Source: the human T2T-CHM13v2.0 reference genome, Homo sapiens. From it: a stretch of 64,000 bases of DNA. A model generated the notes under the pieces. That model searched no databases, was not told the origin of the DNA, and was given only the letters and a program-made list of their open reading frames with translations. This document shows positions 14,909 to 34,870 of the stretch, one piece after another; position 1 is the stretch's first letter, and every line of letters begins with the position of its first letter. Location of the stretch: NCBI RefSeq assembly GCF_009914755.1, contig NC_060926.1, one strand, 5' to 3'. A program made the position numbers and the translations under genes.

Positions 14909-15650
14909 GTGTTTGGTTGTGTATGGATGATGATAATTTTCTTAACTCTTATTGGCTTATTTCCAGAGGAAAGTGAGGTCTAATTAGTAGGGACTCAAAT
15001 AATTTACCTAAATTATGGAAGATGTTTAATAAAATAGAATAGATGGATGGCTGGATTGTGTTGGCTAGTACAAAATAATCTTTGATTCACAATATCAGAG
15101 TCAGACCATCATCAGTTTGATTTGTTTTCTTTCTACTCTAAAGAAAGAAAAATTCTCATAAACAGTTCACAGTCTGCTTCTCTTGTTTTTTCCCAAACCA
15201 AATTTGTCATAAACAGAGTTTTAGGATGTGTGCACTACATATTGTTTCACTTAATTCTTTTTCGTAAATCCTCTTTCCAGTTATCTGCAAGGAGGGAATT
15301 ACTTCTCTCCTTTCCATGGTGTGGAAGCTTGTATTTTCTCACACAAAAAATACAAAAGGAATTCACAAATATTCAAAGAGACTTCAGCATTAATAACCAA
15401 ACCAAAACAAACTCTGACTATACAAAAATACTCTGTCTTAGTAAAATAAATGTTAAAAAGTAAAAATTAATTTTTCGTACTCTCAAACTTATTCTATTAT
15501 ACTTTAAAAATATAGGCAAAAGAGATACTAAATTAGAAAGATATATACAAAAGCATCTTTAAAAACCCTCATGTTTGCCCAAGAGTCATGTATGTAGTGT
15601 GTGTATACACAGCCTGTAGTTTAAAAGAAATCTTTTAAAAATGCAAGAGA

Positions 15651-16315
<665 letters not shown>

Positions 16316-16486
16316 TTGCCTTCCATTAGCAAAAAGAAAGAAAGTTGAGAAGGTAAATGCATGTATGCAATGTGAGCTACTGAACATAGCTGAAGGAATG
16401 AATAAAACTAGTTAGAAGATTTAACCACTTGTTCTTGGGTTTTTAATATTTCTTTGTTTCGTGACATATACTTTTAGGGTACTAAT

Positions 16487-16838
16487 TGATATGGTTTGGC
16501 AGTGTTGCCACCCAAATCTCATCTTGAAGGTCCCATAATTACCATGTGTTGTGAGAGGGACCTGGTGAGAGGTAATTGAATCCTGAGGGCATGTCTTTCC
16601 TGTGCTGTCCTTGTGATAGTGAATAAGTCTCATGAGATCAGATGGTTTTATAAATGGGAGTTCCTCTCCACAAGTTCTCTTACCTGCCACCATGCAAGAC
16701 GTGACTTTGCTCCTCATTCGCCTTCCACCATGATTGTGAGACTTCCCCAGCCATGTGGAGCTGTGAGTCAATTTATCCTCTTTCCTTTACCCAGTCCTGG
16801 GTATGTCTTTATTAGCAGTGTGAGAACAGACTAACACA
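16487..16838 (+). mobile_element. THE1 (THE1C-like) solo LTR
   Basis: TGATATGGTTTGGC ... GACTAACACA termini, ~352 bp. Confidence 0.93.
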
Positions 16839-17039
16839 CCTGTGATTTAATGAAAATGCATAAAATCCATCTTTGATTGACTATCAATTACTTAAACAAA
16901 TAATTTACCTTTTAGTCTCATCTGAATGGATATTTACATTAGAGAGGAAAATCACACATGCACAAATACCTGTCAATATTAGAGAATAATTTCTCTATTT
17001 CACCCTGACATAATGATAGTATTTATTTATGAGGTTTAG

Positions 17040-17230
17040 TTATTCAACTGTTATTTTTGCATACTTACTAAGTGCAAAGTTCTATGGGAACATAAAGGGT
17101 AAAAAGAAGACACAGCTCATTCTTCATGCAATTTATTATGTAGGAAAGGTAATACATGTGCATGAAATTAGTACAGTCTAAAATTGAATATGTATCAATG
17201 ATAAATGTGAATAAGGTAATATGGAAATTG
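17040..17230 (-). mobile_element. L2 remnant
   Basis: TTATTCAAC...TACTTACTAAGTGC tail-like pattern. Confidence 0.45.
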
Positions 17231-17399
17231 CGTGGTTGATCTTTGCTCCAAGCAATCTACTATAGTTCTGATAGCACACCCTGCAACCTCTGATTGCCAA
17301 GATGTGTAATTCAATAACATCCTTCTGTAATAAAAACCTTATTTTTATTACATGGTGTGTGAAGTAGAATTTTATTTTATTTAGACTTAATTATTTTAT

Positions 17400-18770
17400 C
17401 TGTCAGTATTGACAGATTTTAACTTTTTGACACATTAAACATTTTGTTCTACATGGTTTATGATGAGAAGTCTGCAGTTACTCTAAATTCTATGTTTTTT
17501 TTTATATAATGGCTGTTTTTTTCTGAGGCTGCTCTCAGGATATTTTTCTTTACCTTTTATTTTCAGCAATTTGTGGGAATCTAGGATTTTTTTTCATATT
17601 GATCTATTTTCGGATTTGCTGCCCTTCTTTAATGTGTAAATTTATGTCTTTCACCAAATGTGGAAAGTTTTGACTGTTATTTCCTCAAAAAATTGTTTTC
17701 TTCCCCTTTCCTGCTCACTTTTCCTTCTGGAACTCCAATTGTGTTTATTTCTGGCCATGTGATACTGTCAAACAGGTCCCTGAGGCAATCTGTCAATCTT
17801 TCTCTCTCTAATGTATGCATAATAATACAATATAACATAAAATGCAATATAATATATACTATAATATGTAAATATCATAATATTAACTATAGCTATAGCT
17901 CTCAGTTTTACTCTTCTTCAGATTAAATAATTTCAATTGCTGTATCTTTAAGTTTACTGAATTTTTGATATTATGCCTCTCCAGTGATTTTTTTTAAAAC
18001 ACTCGTATTTTTCAATTCTAGAGTATTCATTTGGAGCTTTTTATAGCTTTAATTTCTGATATATCTTATCATTTTATTCATTATAAGCTTACAAATCTGT
18101 CTAGTTGAGCATAGCAATAATAGCAACTTTAAAGTACTTGTCTGATAATTTCAAGATCTTGGTAATCTTGAGGTTGACATCTATTAACTGCCTTTACTGT
18201 TTAGAAGAAGCATCGTTTAAAAATATTTTTCATCTAATATTTTTGAATTATACTTTGGAACTTGTACAGGGTGTGCCATGGAGAATATAGGTTCTTTTTC
18301 ATCTCCCTGAAAAATTTCATTTGGTTTTAGCAAGACAATAACTTATTTAGAATCAAACTGAAAGCTCTGTTTTGTATGCAATGGGCAGCAGCTTAAATCT
18401 TACCAATTCTGTTTTCCTTAGCTAGTCTTTTTTAAGTCTCCCTTGTGCCCTGGTGCATGAGCAGCTGCAGAATCAGGCAGAGGTTTGGGCACAGTTTGCA
18501 GTCTTATCACTTTCGTGTGGCAGTGGTTGTAGTGGTTGTCATAGACTCTGTCCTCTAGTTCATCAGGTTAATACAATGGTAGGTTTTTATCTCAATATAG
18601 TTGCTATTGCTGTACTGCAATCTGCTCTCAGAATAAAGCCATAACATGGAGAAATTCAATCCATGTCAATTGCTTCTTCCAAATTTCCATCCCCCTACAA
18701 AATCTGCCTGCTTTTGCTCACTCTGAAGAGCCTCAACATGCATAGGGTGTCTATTCAACAAAGTTTTTCA
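17400..18770 (-). mobile_element. Old L1M ORF1/5' region
   Basis: TGATGAGAAGTCTGCAGT, TTTATGTCTTTCACCAAATGTGGAAAGTTT, CCTTCTGGAACTCCAATT: antisense old-L1 ORF1 motifs. Confidence 0.7.
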
Positions 18771-19399
18771 GGATTTGGTAAATGTTGCATAGTTCATTTA
18801 ATGATCATTGAAGATATAGGTAAGAATCATCTTTCTCTTTAGTCTTTGTTTTTCTAAAATGCTTTTTATGAGTATTTTTTTGTTTTCTGACGGGTTTTCT
18901 ATACCCTATTTTTTTATTAAAAATAGTGTGTAACTCTTTTGGGTCATGGTAAGACAAGGGTTTATCTTTCCTAAACAGTATAAATCTCCTAGACACCTTC
19001 CCTGAGTTGTGACCAACAACTGTAATTTACTGAGCTGACATAATTTACCATGAAAAGTGTCGCTGTGAGTAAATATACATTAAAATTATTTTAAATTAGT
19101 AATACTGAGATTAATGTTGTCAGGACCACTGACTTACAAGGAATTAAAAGCTGCTGCTCTCTGTCAGGTTGTGCCAACAAATAAACTAGTGTAGGACAAA
19201 GCATTTTGGCTAATGATATTTTGATGACAACGATGATAGCCAAAACTTCAATGGGAATAAAAAGATTTGGAAAAACCTACCATTTCCGTAAAGTTGATCT
19301 ACATAATTCAAAATAACATAAAATGTAAAATTATATTCATTTATATTTGCCTATTAAACTCTGGATAAGGATAATCATACATGTTAATTGTGATAGTGG

Positions 19400-19650
19400 T
19401 TGCTAATATAATATCACTTCAAGGAAAGGAAGTCTGCATTTATTAAGTGTTTTTTATCTTTTAGACATTTGTTCATCTTTTAGACTATTCTTTCATTTAG
19501 TCATTATAACATCCTTGAAGGTTGTTATTAGCATTGTATTATAGATGGAAAAAACTCAGATTCACAGTAACTCAGAATCATCTTCTTAAAGTTGCCATGT
19601 GAGGGATTCAGACTCTTGACTGATGCTTTGCACCGTAACTTATGGCCTTC
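19400..19650 (-). mobile_element. MIR remnant
   Basis: ATTTATTAAGTG...TATAGATGGAAAAAACTCAGA. Confidence 0.5.
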
Positions 19651-20200
19651 AAACAACCTTTAAAAAGCCTCCTTTCTACTAAATATTTTTACTTTGTTTC
19701 TGTTGTCTAAAATTCTTTGATCAGCACATTAAATATTTAAAATTAGAAATAATTCTTAACATACAAGCATCCTTAGGAGAGATACTACATTGACTCAAAT
19801 TCAAATTTACAGTATTCATGTCAGGTGTCAGGATCTATCTTTTAATCATTACTTTATTCAATAAGTATCTTGTCTATTGTCTGTCATGTTCAATTCACTG
19901 TGTAGATGATAGAAGCAGGCTTTAATGGAGCAAAGTGGATATGGTGATAGATGAGGATAAAACATACAGCATTGGGTATCACTGTACAACAGTATAACAT
20001 TGATAAGAAGGCTTCAGATGGCAAAATCGTGCTTTCACAAATTTTCAGCTTTTGCTGAGACTGATCCAGTCCATTTGTACACTGGTTTAATGCAATTATG
20101 AAGTAAAATTTTCCCTTGAGAGTAGCATAAGGCCTTTATTCTGAATGGGATTACTGAGTTACCAAAGATGCTTTCACTTTTATTTATTGAAAATATGTTA

Positions 20201-25134
<4,934 letters not shown>

Positions 25135-27030
25135 GAAAATATGTTATAATGTTATGAAAATTTCCAAGCAAAGGAACCATAACAAAAAATTATTAACTGT
25201 GACACCAGGCAGCTTTGGAGTCATAAGAGCAATTGATTGTCATTGTTATTTGGGAGCTGTAATAAAATTTATGTCTAGAAATAGCCCACAATTGGTGGAC
25301 AGTAGGCTATATTATAGTGTTTTTTATTTGTTTTGTTTTTACTACATAAAGTTGATTGTTTCTAAAACACTGGTTTCACAACTAGTGCCAGAAACTCATT
25401 TTATTGAGGTCAATCCAAAAATTAAAATTTGATAGGATGTGAAATATCCTCTTTTGCAAAAATACTGTAGGACACTATCTAATAAGGGTGGTTTTAGTCA
25501 CCAACCTCCCCAACCCAACCCTAATTCCTACAACAGAATTATGTTGTCTAGAATTACCTTGTAGGTATATCTAATTAGAACAGTGGTTTTGAGAAACTCT
25601 AGGGAAAGTTCCAGCAAATAGAAAGTAGGAATAGACAGATGGTGATTATAAATATAATTAGACTATTTAAAGGCAGCAAAATTCCCTGTTTTGGAAATAT
25701 CAGATTGATATGCTTTAATTATTTTCAGACCTCTGGCTCCAAACATGGCTATTCATTTAGGAAGACAAATGCTTCAAATAATTGGTAGATATAAAGTAGA
25801 AATGAGAAAGAACACTTTCACTTTGATCACCTTAGGCTTTTGTTTCTACCATTTGTTTGTGTATTTACAGAATTGTTATATATGTTTTAGGTAATGATTT
25901 AAAATGAGCAAATGCAAAATACGCATTTTGAAATCACTATGTTTTTGAATGAACTTTCAGGAGAAAGGAAATTTATTTAGATCAATTTTCTATCCAAGTG
26001 GGCTTAATATCACGTTTTACTTTTGATTTCTAAAGAACTGGATAATTGTTTAATCTCATCTGAAAGAATATTTCCCATTATTTTAACGTGGGCAATTTTT
26101 GTAATGAACTCTTTCAGTGTAAATAAAATTTACCTAAAGGGATAGCCGATGGCTCCAGTAATCTTGGATACTTTTAAACAAGTATCTCTATTGTTTTCTT
26201 TTACTAAAAATGTTATTATAAAATATCTGTCCTTCTACATTAATCTCTGAATAGCCATCACTATGGCATTGGAGTATACACTAAATTGTTTTAATATTTT
26301 CCAATGAAAACTAAAAATCCCTGTAAAATATTGAAAGTAATAATTGATTTCCCAGAAATAGTTCAGATGGTGAATTGCCATTGCCATACCAATGTATGTA
26401 AACTAAACAAAAGCCACATAAGTTCAGGTGGTTTTATGCCTACAGCTTTTAAATTTCTCTCTTGACAATGGAACATTGCTATAAAACTAACAGCAGAGAT
26501 CTAAAAGAACCACAAGTTCTTCATACAATGAATGAAGAATTAGCACATTGAGAAAGCTCGTTTATATTCACCCAACAAATAAATGGCATTTACTACATTT
26601 TCATAATAAAATAAAAGCAGAGATTTGGGCTTGTATGGTATTTTCACATCCATGCATATATTATATCTAGTGCACAACCAGCGTATTTCTAGACATAGAG
26701 TGAAAAGTCAGCCACTAACAGTACATGGTTTGTGAGGTATAAAATATTTTTTGTCTCCAAATTTCTTTCTAATTGGATCGCCACTCTACCTATATACATA
26801 ATATAAACAAATACATATATAATAAACATTTACATATTCATTTACATTTTAAATTACTAAATCCAGAAATTTCACATTAAAATGTTCCTGAGAGAACAAT
26901 GTCACACATTGGTGGTTTCTCATGTTAGTAATGCACTTTGAACCTGAAAGGAAAAAGAAACTGAAGGAAAAAAAAAACTGAGGACAAATTTCACAAACTT
27001 CTAAATGTTCCCAGAGAGCAAACTGAAAAC

Positions 27031-27120
27031 CTATCTCTATATCTATCTATATCTATATCATCCATATCTATATGAATATCATTATCATCTATATCTGAAT
27101 ACAGATAAAATATAGATATA
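27031..27120. repeat. Degenerate (TCTATA)n
   Basis: Direct inspection. Confidence 0.75.
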
Positions 27121-27639
27121 TGTTATCCCAGTTTTACTGCTCCCAGAAAATAAAAACTGTAAAGAAATTCAACAAACATACAAAGTAACAACCATGGTGT
27201 TATGCACTGGCACCAAAAAATAGGCTCTCCCTCAGTTTTATATTAGAGGCAAGTATTTTAAGTTCCCATGGCATAAATAAAGTTGTAATTGCTTCCCATT
27301 TTAATTAAGAACCCATTTCAAACTCAGGAAGGCTGAGTAGCTGTTTGAAGTGTTTATGCCGTAGGCAGCTGGAGGCATTGAACAGGGGTAATTAGAAGGA
27401 CATTTTTGTGTGGTAGGTTTGGCCAAAATTGGTCAGCTTTGAAGAGCTGCTCCATTTCAAAAATAATAATTACATACACAAAAAGAATTCCTTTGAATAT
27501 GAAGGGTTTCATAGACTTCATCCAGTTTTACTGTCGTGCTAAATAACTTATGACGACGGTTCGTAAACATTTTTGTGCCATACTTCTTTTGCAGCCTGGT
27601 GAATCATTTGAACTGTTTTCCAAAATAATGTTTAAAAGT

Positions 27640-28045
27640 ACAAACTAAAATATATGATATTATAGTGGATACCAATTATATTTCAATGTTAGTATATTTG
27701 TAAGTAGATATTTGACATATACTTATATATGTGCTTCCTTATGACATTAAATAATAAGATCTAGCAGCAGATCTAATATGTACGGTAATTTTGAAGTAGT
27801 GATGAATGTACATTGTATTTTGAAATATCTGCAACAACCATCATATATGACAATATCTGTGGCTTTTATTGGTGATAACATTATAGAGAATGATAGTCCT
27901 ACCATAGTTTGTCATCTTCGTTCATTATAGAAGGAAATGCTAAATTTCCACTAGAAATTAATTAATAAAGATGTAATATTTTTCTTATTGAAGTTCATGA
28001 TCCCTTTAATTTCTATTCAAAATTTTTTGATGAAAAATTCCTAAT
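27640..28045. mobile_element. hAT-Charlie DNA transposon relic (MER119-like)
   Basis: Recalled blocks AATAAGATCTAGCAGC...GAAGTAGTGATGA...GAAGGAAATGCTAAATTTC. Confidence 0.6.
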
Positions 28046-28129
28046 TTATGCTGTTATAATAAATGCACTTTAGACTTTTCATAGTAGTGTATGGCTATGT
28101 TCTATTGCATTCTGACTATGTAACAGAAA

Positions 28130-28300
28130 ATATGGGCCTTAAACTTTATCTTATTCAATCTTTATAACAATTATCTAATGTAGGAATTATTATTTCCTTT
28201 TACAGATTAGCAAGTAGAAGCTAAAACTAACACTATAGGTAGGTCACAAAACTAAGATGCCAATTTTAGATTGGAAAATAAAATATTTTAATCTCCATAC
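28130..28300 (-). mobile_element. MIR remnant
   Basis: GTAGGAATTATTATTTCCTTTTACAGAT core. Confidence 0.55.
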
Positions 28301-28899
28301 CTACTTATGGAGACATATAGAAATATTCTTCTAATTACATTTTATACAATACATACAAACAAATTGAAATGGTGCCTTTTATTTTAAAAATCAGAACTAG
28401 AACTCAGGTCTTCAGAATCCCATTTTAGCATTCTCTCAAAAAAAAAAAAAAAAACCCACAACACCGTCTGGTGATAGTTGCAATTCAAGAAACTATTCCG
28501 TCCAAATAGCCCATGATAGAATGCCAATGCTCTGAAAACTGCGACTTGAGAAAGAAATTTGCTCAAGGGATCACGGAAACAATTCCCCCATGAGAAAAGC
28601 CAGTGATAAGTGGAATTATCTCCATCTGCTGACTAAAGAGTACACAATAAGATTATATAACCTGAGCAAACACTAGACAAGTAGAAAAGTGTTCACTTCT
28701 GAGAATCAAGTTCAGGCAACTAAGCCTTGCTGCAGTTTTGTATAGAATCTCCTAAACTTAGAGAGGAAAGCAATAAAAAGAAGTCATCTTAGTATCATCA
28801 CAGCCTCAAGATTGGTCTTATAACCAAAACTTTGTAGGCCAGAGGTGCCAATATTAACTGATTCACCATACAATCAATACAGACGAACACAGAGATTTC

Positions 28900-30390
28900 A
28901 AAGATTCAATTCACCAAAGTCTTAGGAAAAGTAAGTGTGCCAAGAACTGTACTGTTACTTGAGATTTGTGCCATCAAGAAATTTTACAGCACTATATGAC
29001 ATGTTTTAGTAAGAACTCTAATTGAGCTGTAGTCTTAACTGGATAGAAATCCCTTCTGACTCAAAACCTCAGAAAAGGCTTCATGAAGGGCTTGGCCTTT
29101 GCCCTAAATCTTGAAGACTAGAAAGGATTCTATTAGGAAAAGAGACATTTTAGAAAAATTTAGATAATATTACACATGAAAGACAGGACTTTAAATGAGT
29201 GATATTTAGAATTTTAATCTAAATTATAGAAGACATTGGAGCAATAGACTAAAAGGACAAGATATTTTGTAATGAAGAAAATTCAAGTAGCAATCTGGTA
29301 GAATGTAGGGAAAAAATGATAGGTATCAGATACACTTACAATCTCATCTATGAAGTTTGTTTTGGAATGGAATAAAAAAGTCACCAAGACACTTGGGAGA
29401 CATAGACTTTACGGCTTGGCAAAGATTGTATGTGGGGTTAAAAGAAGAGACAGTTGTCAAGGAGGACCTCAAGATCACTAACTTGGTTAACTTGGTAAAT
29501 TAGAAGAGAATTTCGAAGTCAGAAAATGAAAAAGAGCAGATAAGGAAGATAATATTATTATTTCATATGTGAAGAGCAAACATTTTCAGTGGCAATGGGA
29601 GAACTTCACAAACATTTTCAATAGAAATTTGGAAATATAGTCTTAGACTTCAGAGGAGGTGCTAGAATCTGTAACAGTGATTTGGCCATTATAGATAAAT
29701 GTCAAAGGTATATATGAAACATTGCAAAGAAAGGAAGCAGATAAGAAGAGAAAAATTGATACAATGAAGAACATAGAGTGATGTCAGATGAGAAAGGGAA
29801 GCCAACACACATACTAGCACCTAACATGGAAAATGCTTTAAATAAATATTCAAGTAATGAACGCGTGTTTGAAAATTGGGTAAGAACATCAAGAGAGATA
29901 AAAGGAGAGGAGTCTTTAATTATTGTCAGAATTAAAGACGAAGTGAGTCTCAAAAAGCTACTGACAAACAGCAGCAATTTTATAGGAATGAAACCTAAGA
30001 AGGGACTGGTTGATTTTGGCAACTTAGAGGTCATTAATTTCCCTTGTAAGGTCAATTTATGGGACAAAATAAGATTGCAGTATTTTGAGGAATTAGTAGA
30101 ATATGAGAAATTGAAATCAGAAAAGCTACATTCAACTTTTGAGACTTTTTTTGTAAAAGATAAAAGTATGATATTTGAATTAGAAGCAAGATTAAGATAC
30201 TTTTTTTAGAATATAAAAGAATTGAACATTTTTATTGACCCTTTGGACTGGTGATAGATAAATGCAGAAGAAAGAAATGGAAAGAATAATTGGACAAAGT
30301 CCCAGAGGACAGAAGAGGAATAGAATTGAGAGCGAATTAGAAAGATCATATGTGAAGAGGCATAAGAATAAGATGTCTTATGGAAGGAGA
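28900..30390 (-). mobile_element. L2 remnant
   Basis: Long purine-rich antisense L2 body (GATTTTGGCAACTTAGAGGTCATT etc.). Confidence 0.65.
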
Positions 30391-32356
30391 AATGTATTGA
30401 ACTCCTATGCTACTCCCTTAGAGTAGGTTTAACTCACTCCTACTTGACATTAGTAAGCGATTGGGAGAGCTATGAAGGCACCAAGCTGCCCAAATTGTGA
30501 GTAACTTAAGTCAAATCATGAAACCAGCAGGAGAATATGCTCTGCAATGTTCCAGTCCAGTGGCAGACCTGTGAAGCAGTCTGACTCACAGAAATTTGTT
30601 TTATTTTTGTTATTAGATGTCATGCCAGTGGGGGGAAAAATGATAGACTGGTACTATGTTTAAATATCAGGTTTCTCTTGATCTTTCATGCTCAGTTTAT
30701 GCAGGTCAATAATTGCATTCCAATATATGCAGACCAAGATACGTGCTCTAAAATCCAATTGTTGTTTGAAGTTTCATTTATCTCAAGGTACAAAATATTT
30801 ACCAGCTTATCTAACAATAGTATCAATCTTTGTAAACACTCTATTTTTAAATTTTTCATATTACATATTTATATAAATATATATATATATATTTAGCATA
30901 GTAAATTTTTTGCTGCAGTTTTTCCAATGTGATCTATAGTGTTTAAGGTATACTTTATTTACTAAGAATGATTCTGAGAAAGTTAAGGTAGTTTTCTGAA
31001 TGGGAAAATATAAAGAGAATTAGAAGATTAGGTACAATACCGAAAAATATGCTTCCAAGAAAAGAAAGGTGTCAAATGCATAAATACAAAATGTATATCA
31101 AGCATTATCAAAGAGCCCACTCTGATTGGAAGGTTGGCAATGTTGTCTCTATAAAATCATTTGGCAAGTGATAGTAACTAACCAATATTATACTGTATAT
31201 CTACTGATAATTTCACTGTTCATCAACTAGTACTCTATACACCACCTACCAACCATCAATGCCAGCACAGACTCCCTACTCATTTTTGAGTAGGGAGGAG
31301 GAAACTTCATATTCTCAATTTCAGTGGTGAGATTTGAGTGGGATTCCTAATCTTGAGTTTCCACTACTCAGGCCTGAACAATCACAGTCTTTTGGACCCC
31401 TTGCCTCATTTATTGACCAGGGAGTGGCAGTGACAGTTCCTGACAGTTCTGCTCCAGGAATTCTCACACTTTGTAATGTGGACCTGAAGGAGAAGATTGT
31501 GCAAATTAGCCCCAGAAAAGGGGAAGTATATTGGGAGCTGCTGGAAAGGGTTACCTGTGGACCTCATCAAAATGAAGAAAAAAAAAAAGCCTACTACAGA
31601 TGAATAGCTGATAAAAGAAAACCCTGGAAGTATATACTCAAGGGTTAAGTGTCTAAATGTTTCAGAGCTTCTCTGATTACTGCAGTGATCTTTTTCTTTT
31701 TAACAATTCGATATATCTTTGTATTTTTCTTCTAAGTTATTTTGAGCAAGGACTTTTCTACTTTTAATACATTAACTAAAATTAAATTGTTTATTGTTTG
31801 GAATTTAGCTTTAATTCAGCTTATTTGGCTCCTATGGAAAATAAATAATTAATTCATGAAGCTCTGATTCTGTATTTATGATAGTCACAGTAGAGTAAAT
31901 GTTAATATGTGATACGATATAGATAATCTTCAAAATTAAAAATGATAAAATGCAGCAATAATGTTTTAACCAAGGAAACAAACTATTTGCAAGTAGTTTG
32001 CATTCAAAAAATGTGCCAGTTACAAGTGATTCTTGGTGTTTTATTACAATATATCTCACTGAACACCTATGTGGAAATCAGCTTGTAATTTCACTGAATG
32101 GTGTTTGATAATTAAAAAGATAGAAATATCTTTTTTGTTTTATACATGATTAGTACATTCTTATTTTTAAGTTTCTAGACACAACAGCTTAAGTTTATAT
32201 TTCTGTTCATGTACACCCACATCTACACAGTCCAAAATCAGTGTACTGCCCAGAGATAATCACTATTTTAAATCTAGTATTTATCTTTCCAGATGATATT
32301 GTATTTCCATACTTCTTATAAAAATACTTATGAAAATTTATTATTAAAATATTTAG

Positions 32357-32836
<480 letters not shown>

Positions 32837-33063
32837 TAAATGGTCTATATTATCTGTAATATTGCTGTATCATAGTTTACTTAACCCCATTCTCTACTGA
32901 TGGGCTTTTAGATGGGATGTGGATTGGTAAACAGTTGGCAGTATTTTTCTGCTAGTGATCAACAATAAACTAACCAATGTTTGTTGCTCTGGGACTCTGG
33001 TTACTCTTATTATCCACCCCTTATGCCACTGTCAACATCACATAGGACCAGTATTCCAGGAAG

Positions 33064-33065
<2 letters not shown>

Positions 33066-33102
<37 letters not shown>
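33066..33102. repeat. (AC)n microsatellite
   Basis: Direct inspection. Confidence 0.95.
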
Positions 33103-33103
<1 letters not shown>

Positions 33104-33991
33104 CCCACAGACACACATTATATCCTGAAAACAATTTAAAAACTCTAAAGTTTAAAAAGAAAGTTATTAACTTCCCTAACATAAATAATCAAACAACAAA
33201 AAACTGATAAGTTTTAGAAACAGGATTTGGGGACTTATCTTTATTATTCCAAGACAGCATCAAGTAATTCCTCTCAAAAGTAGAATTAATTAAAATAAAA
33301 ATTTCCCATGCTAAGATAGGTCCTGCCTCACAGACTGTACTTATAATCTAGTTGAAATTTTTGTGTATTGTTTACATCATATTCATATTTGGAAGGAGTG
33401 TTCTGTGAATTGATTTTAGATACTTTTAGACCTGTATTGAAATCTGAATTATTGCCTTGTGTGTGCTATGTCTGTGATAATAAATTAAGTAAGCCTTTGA
33501 TGGAACTGGTGTGTAATAATTATTTTCTGAGGGCCTCCTAAAAGTAGGATGTTTGCCAATGTCACCGAAGGATAAAATTTTCCGGTGCATGACCTGATCT
33601 AAGGAAAGAAATAATAACTCTGTAAATAAATGAAATACTTTTTAATTGTGCTAAGAAGCTTGGCCAGTATGCAACTTCATTGACATTTTGGGAATGCTAT
33701 TTTTAAAACTATCAGTAAGAGTTGTCAGTGTGTCTCCAGTTGTTGTGTTAATAGCAGATAATCATTGTGAGCAACAATAAAACCTAGTCATATCTGGAAA
33801 ACAGAGAACTGGAAAAGCTAAGAAGTGGTGACCATGACAACAAGCGGAAAAATTATATTCTGGAAAGTTGAAAACATTCGCTGTTGGTATTATTAAAATA
33901 ATATTTGTTAAGCAGAGCACCTTGAAAACATAAAGTATTCTCTTCTCAGACTGTGAATCTGTGCCATTCACTGAAGTAGCACAGGTGCTGA

Positions 33992-34333
33992 AGCCAGGCA
34001 CAGTGGCTCACGCTTATAATCCCAGCACTTTGGGAGGCTGAGGCTGGTGGATCACAAGGTCAGAAGTTGAAGACCATCCTGACCAACATGGTGAAACCCC
34101 GTCTCTACTACAAATACGAAAATTAGCCAGGCATGGTGGCGTGTGCCGGTAATCCCAGCTACTCAGGAGGATGAGGCAGGTGAATCACCTGAACCTGGGA
34201 GGCGGAGGTTGCACTGAGCCGAGATCACGCCACGGCACTCCAGCCTGGGTGACAGAGCAAGACTCTGTCTCAAAAACAAAAACAAAAACAAAAACAAAAA
34301 CAAACAAAAAAAAAAAAAAAAGAGAGAGAGAGA
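33992..34333 (+). mobile_element. Alu (AluSg-like) with (AAAAAC)n/A/(AG)n tail
   Basis: Full dimer. Confidence 0.95.
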
Positions 34334-34527
34334 GGAACGTCCAGGCTTCCTACTCTATTACAATCCCATGTAAAAAGGTTGGATAATTAAAGTACACGAC
34401 AGCATCTCTAGAACTGAGTACTTTGGTTTTTACCTATATGGACTAGGCTTATTTGTAGTGTAAGTGAGGAATAAACGTTTATATTTTGATAGAATAAAAT
34501 ACATTTTAGACAAGTAAAGAAGCATTT

Positions 34528-34870
34528 TGCTGGGCATGGTGGCTCATGCCTATAATCCTAGCAATTTGGAAGGCTGAGGCAGGAGGTTCGCTTGAGCACA
34601 GAAGTTTGAGAGCAGCCTGGGCAACATAGGGACCCCCATCTCTACCAAAAAAGCAGCCTGGGCAACATAGAGAAACCCCATCTCTACCAAAAAAAAAAAA
34701 AAAAAAAAAAAAAAAAGCCAGGCATGGTGGCACCTCCCTGTGCTCTCTGCTACTCAGAAGATGGGAGGACAGCTTGAGCCCAGGAGTTCGGGCTGCAGTA
34801 ACCTATGATCACATCACTGCACATTGCACTCCAAACTGGGTGACCAAAAAAAAAAAAAAAAAAAAAAAAA
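34528..34870 (+). mobile_element. AluJ with internal 41-bp tandem duplication
   Basis: J motifs; duplicated left-arm end 34611-34651 / 34652-34692. Confidence 0.9.

Noticed and set aside
26943-26990. Strong-looking minus-strand polypyrimidine tract and acceptor
   Set aside because: Explained by a degenerate CTGA(A/G)G-A-run tandem repeat; no downstream donor or ORF.
29778-30209. 143-aa ORF with protein-like composition
   Set aside because: Lies in a purine-rich antisense L2 remnant, starts at GTG and has no recognisable motif; probably chance. BLASTp or Ribo-seq would settle it.
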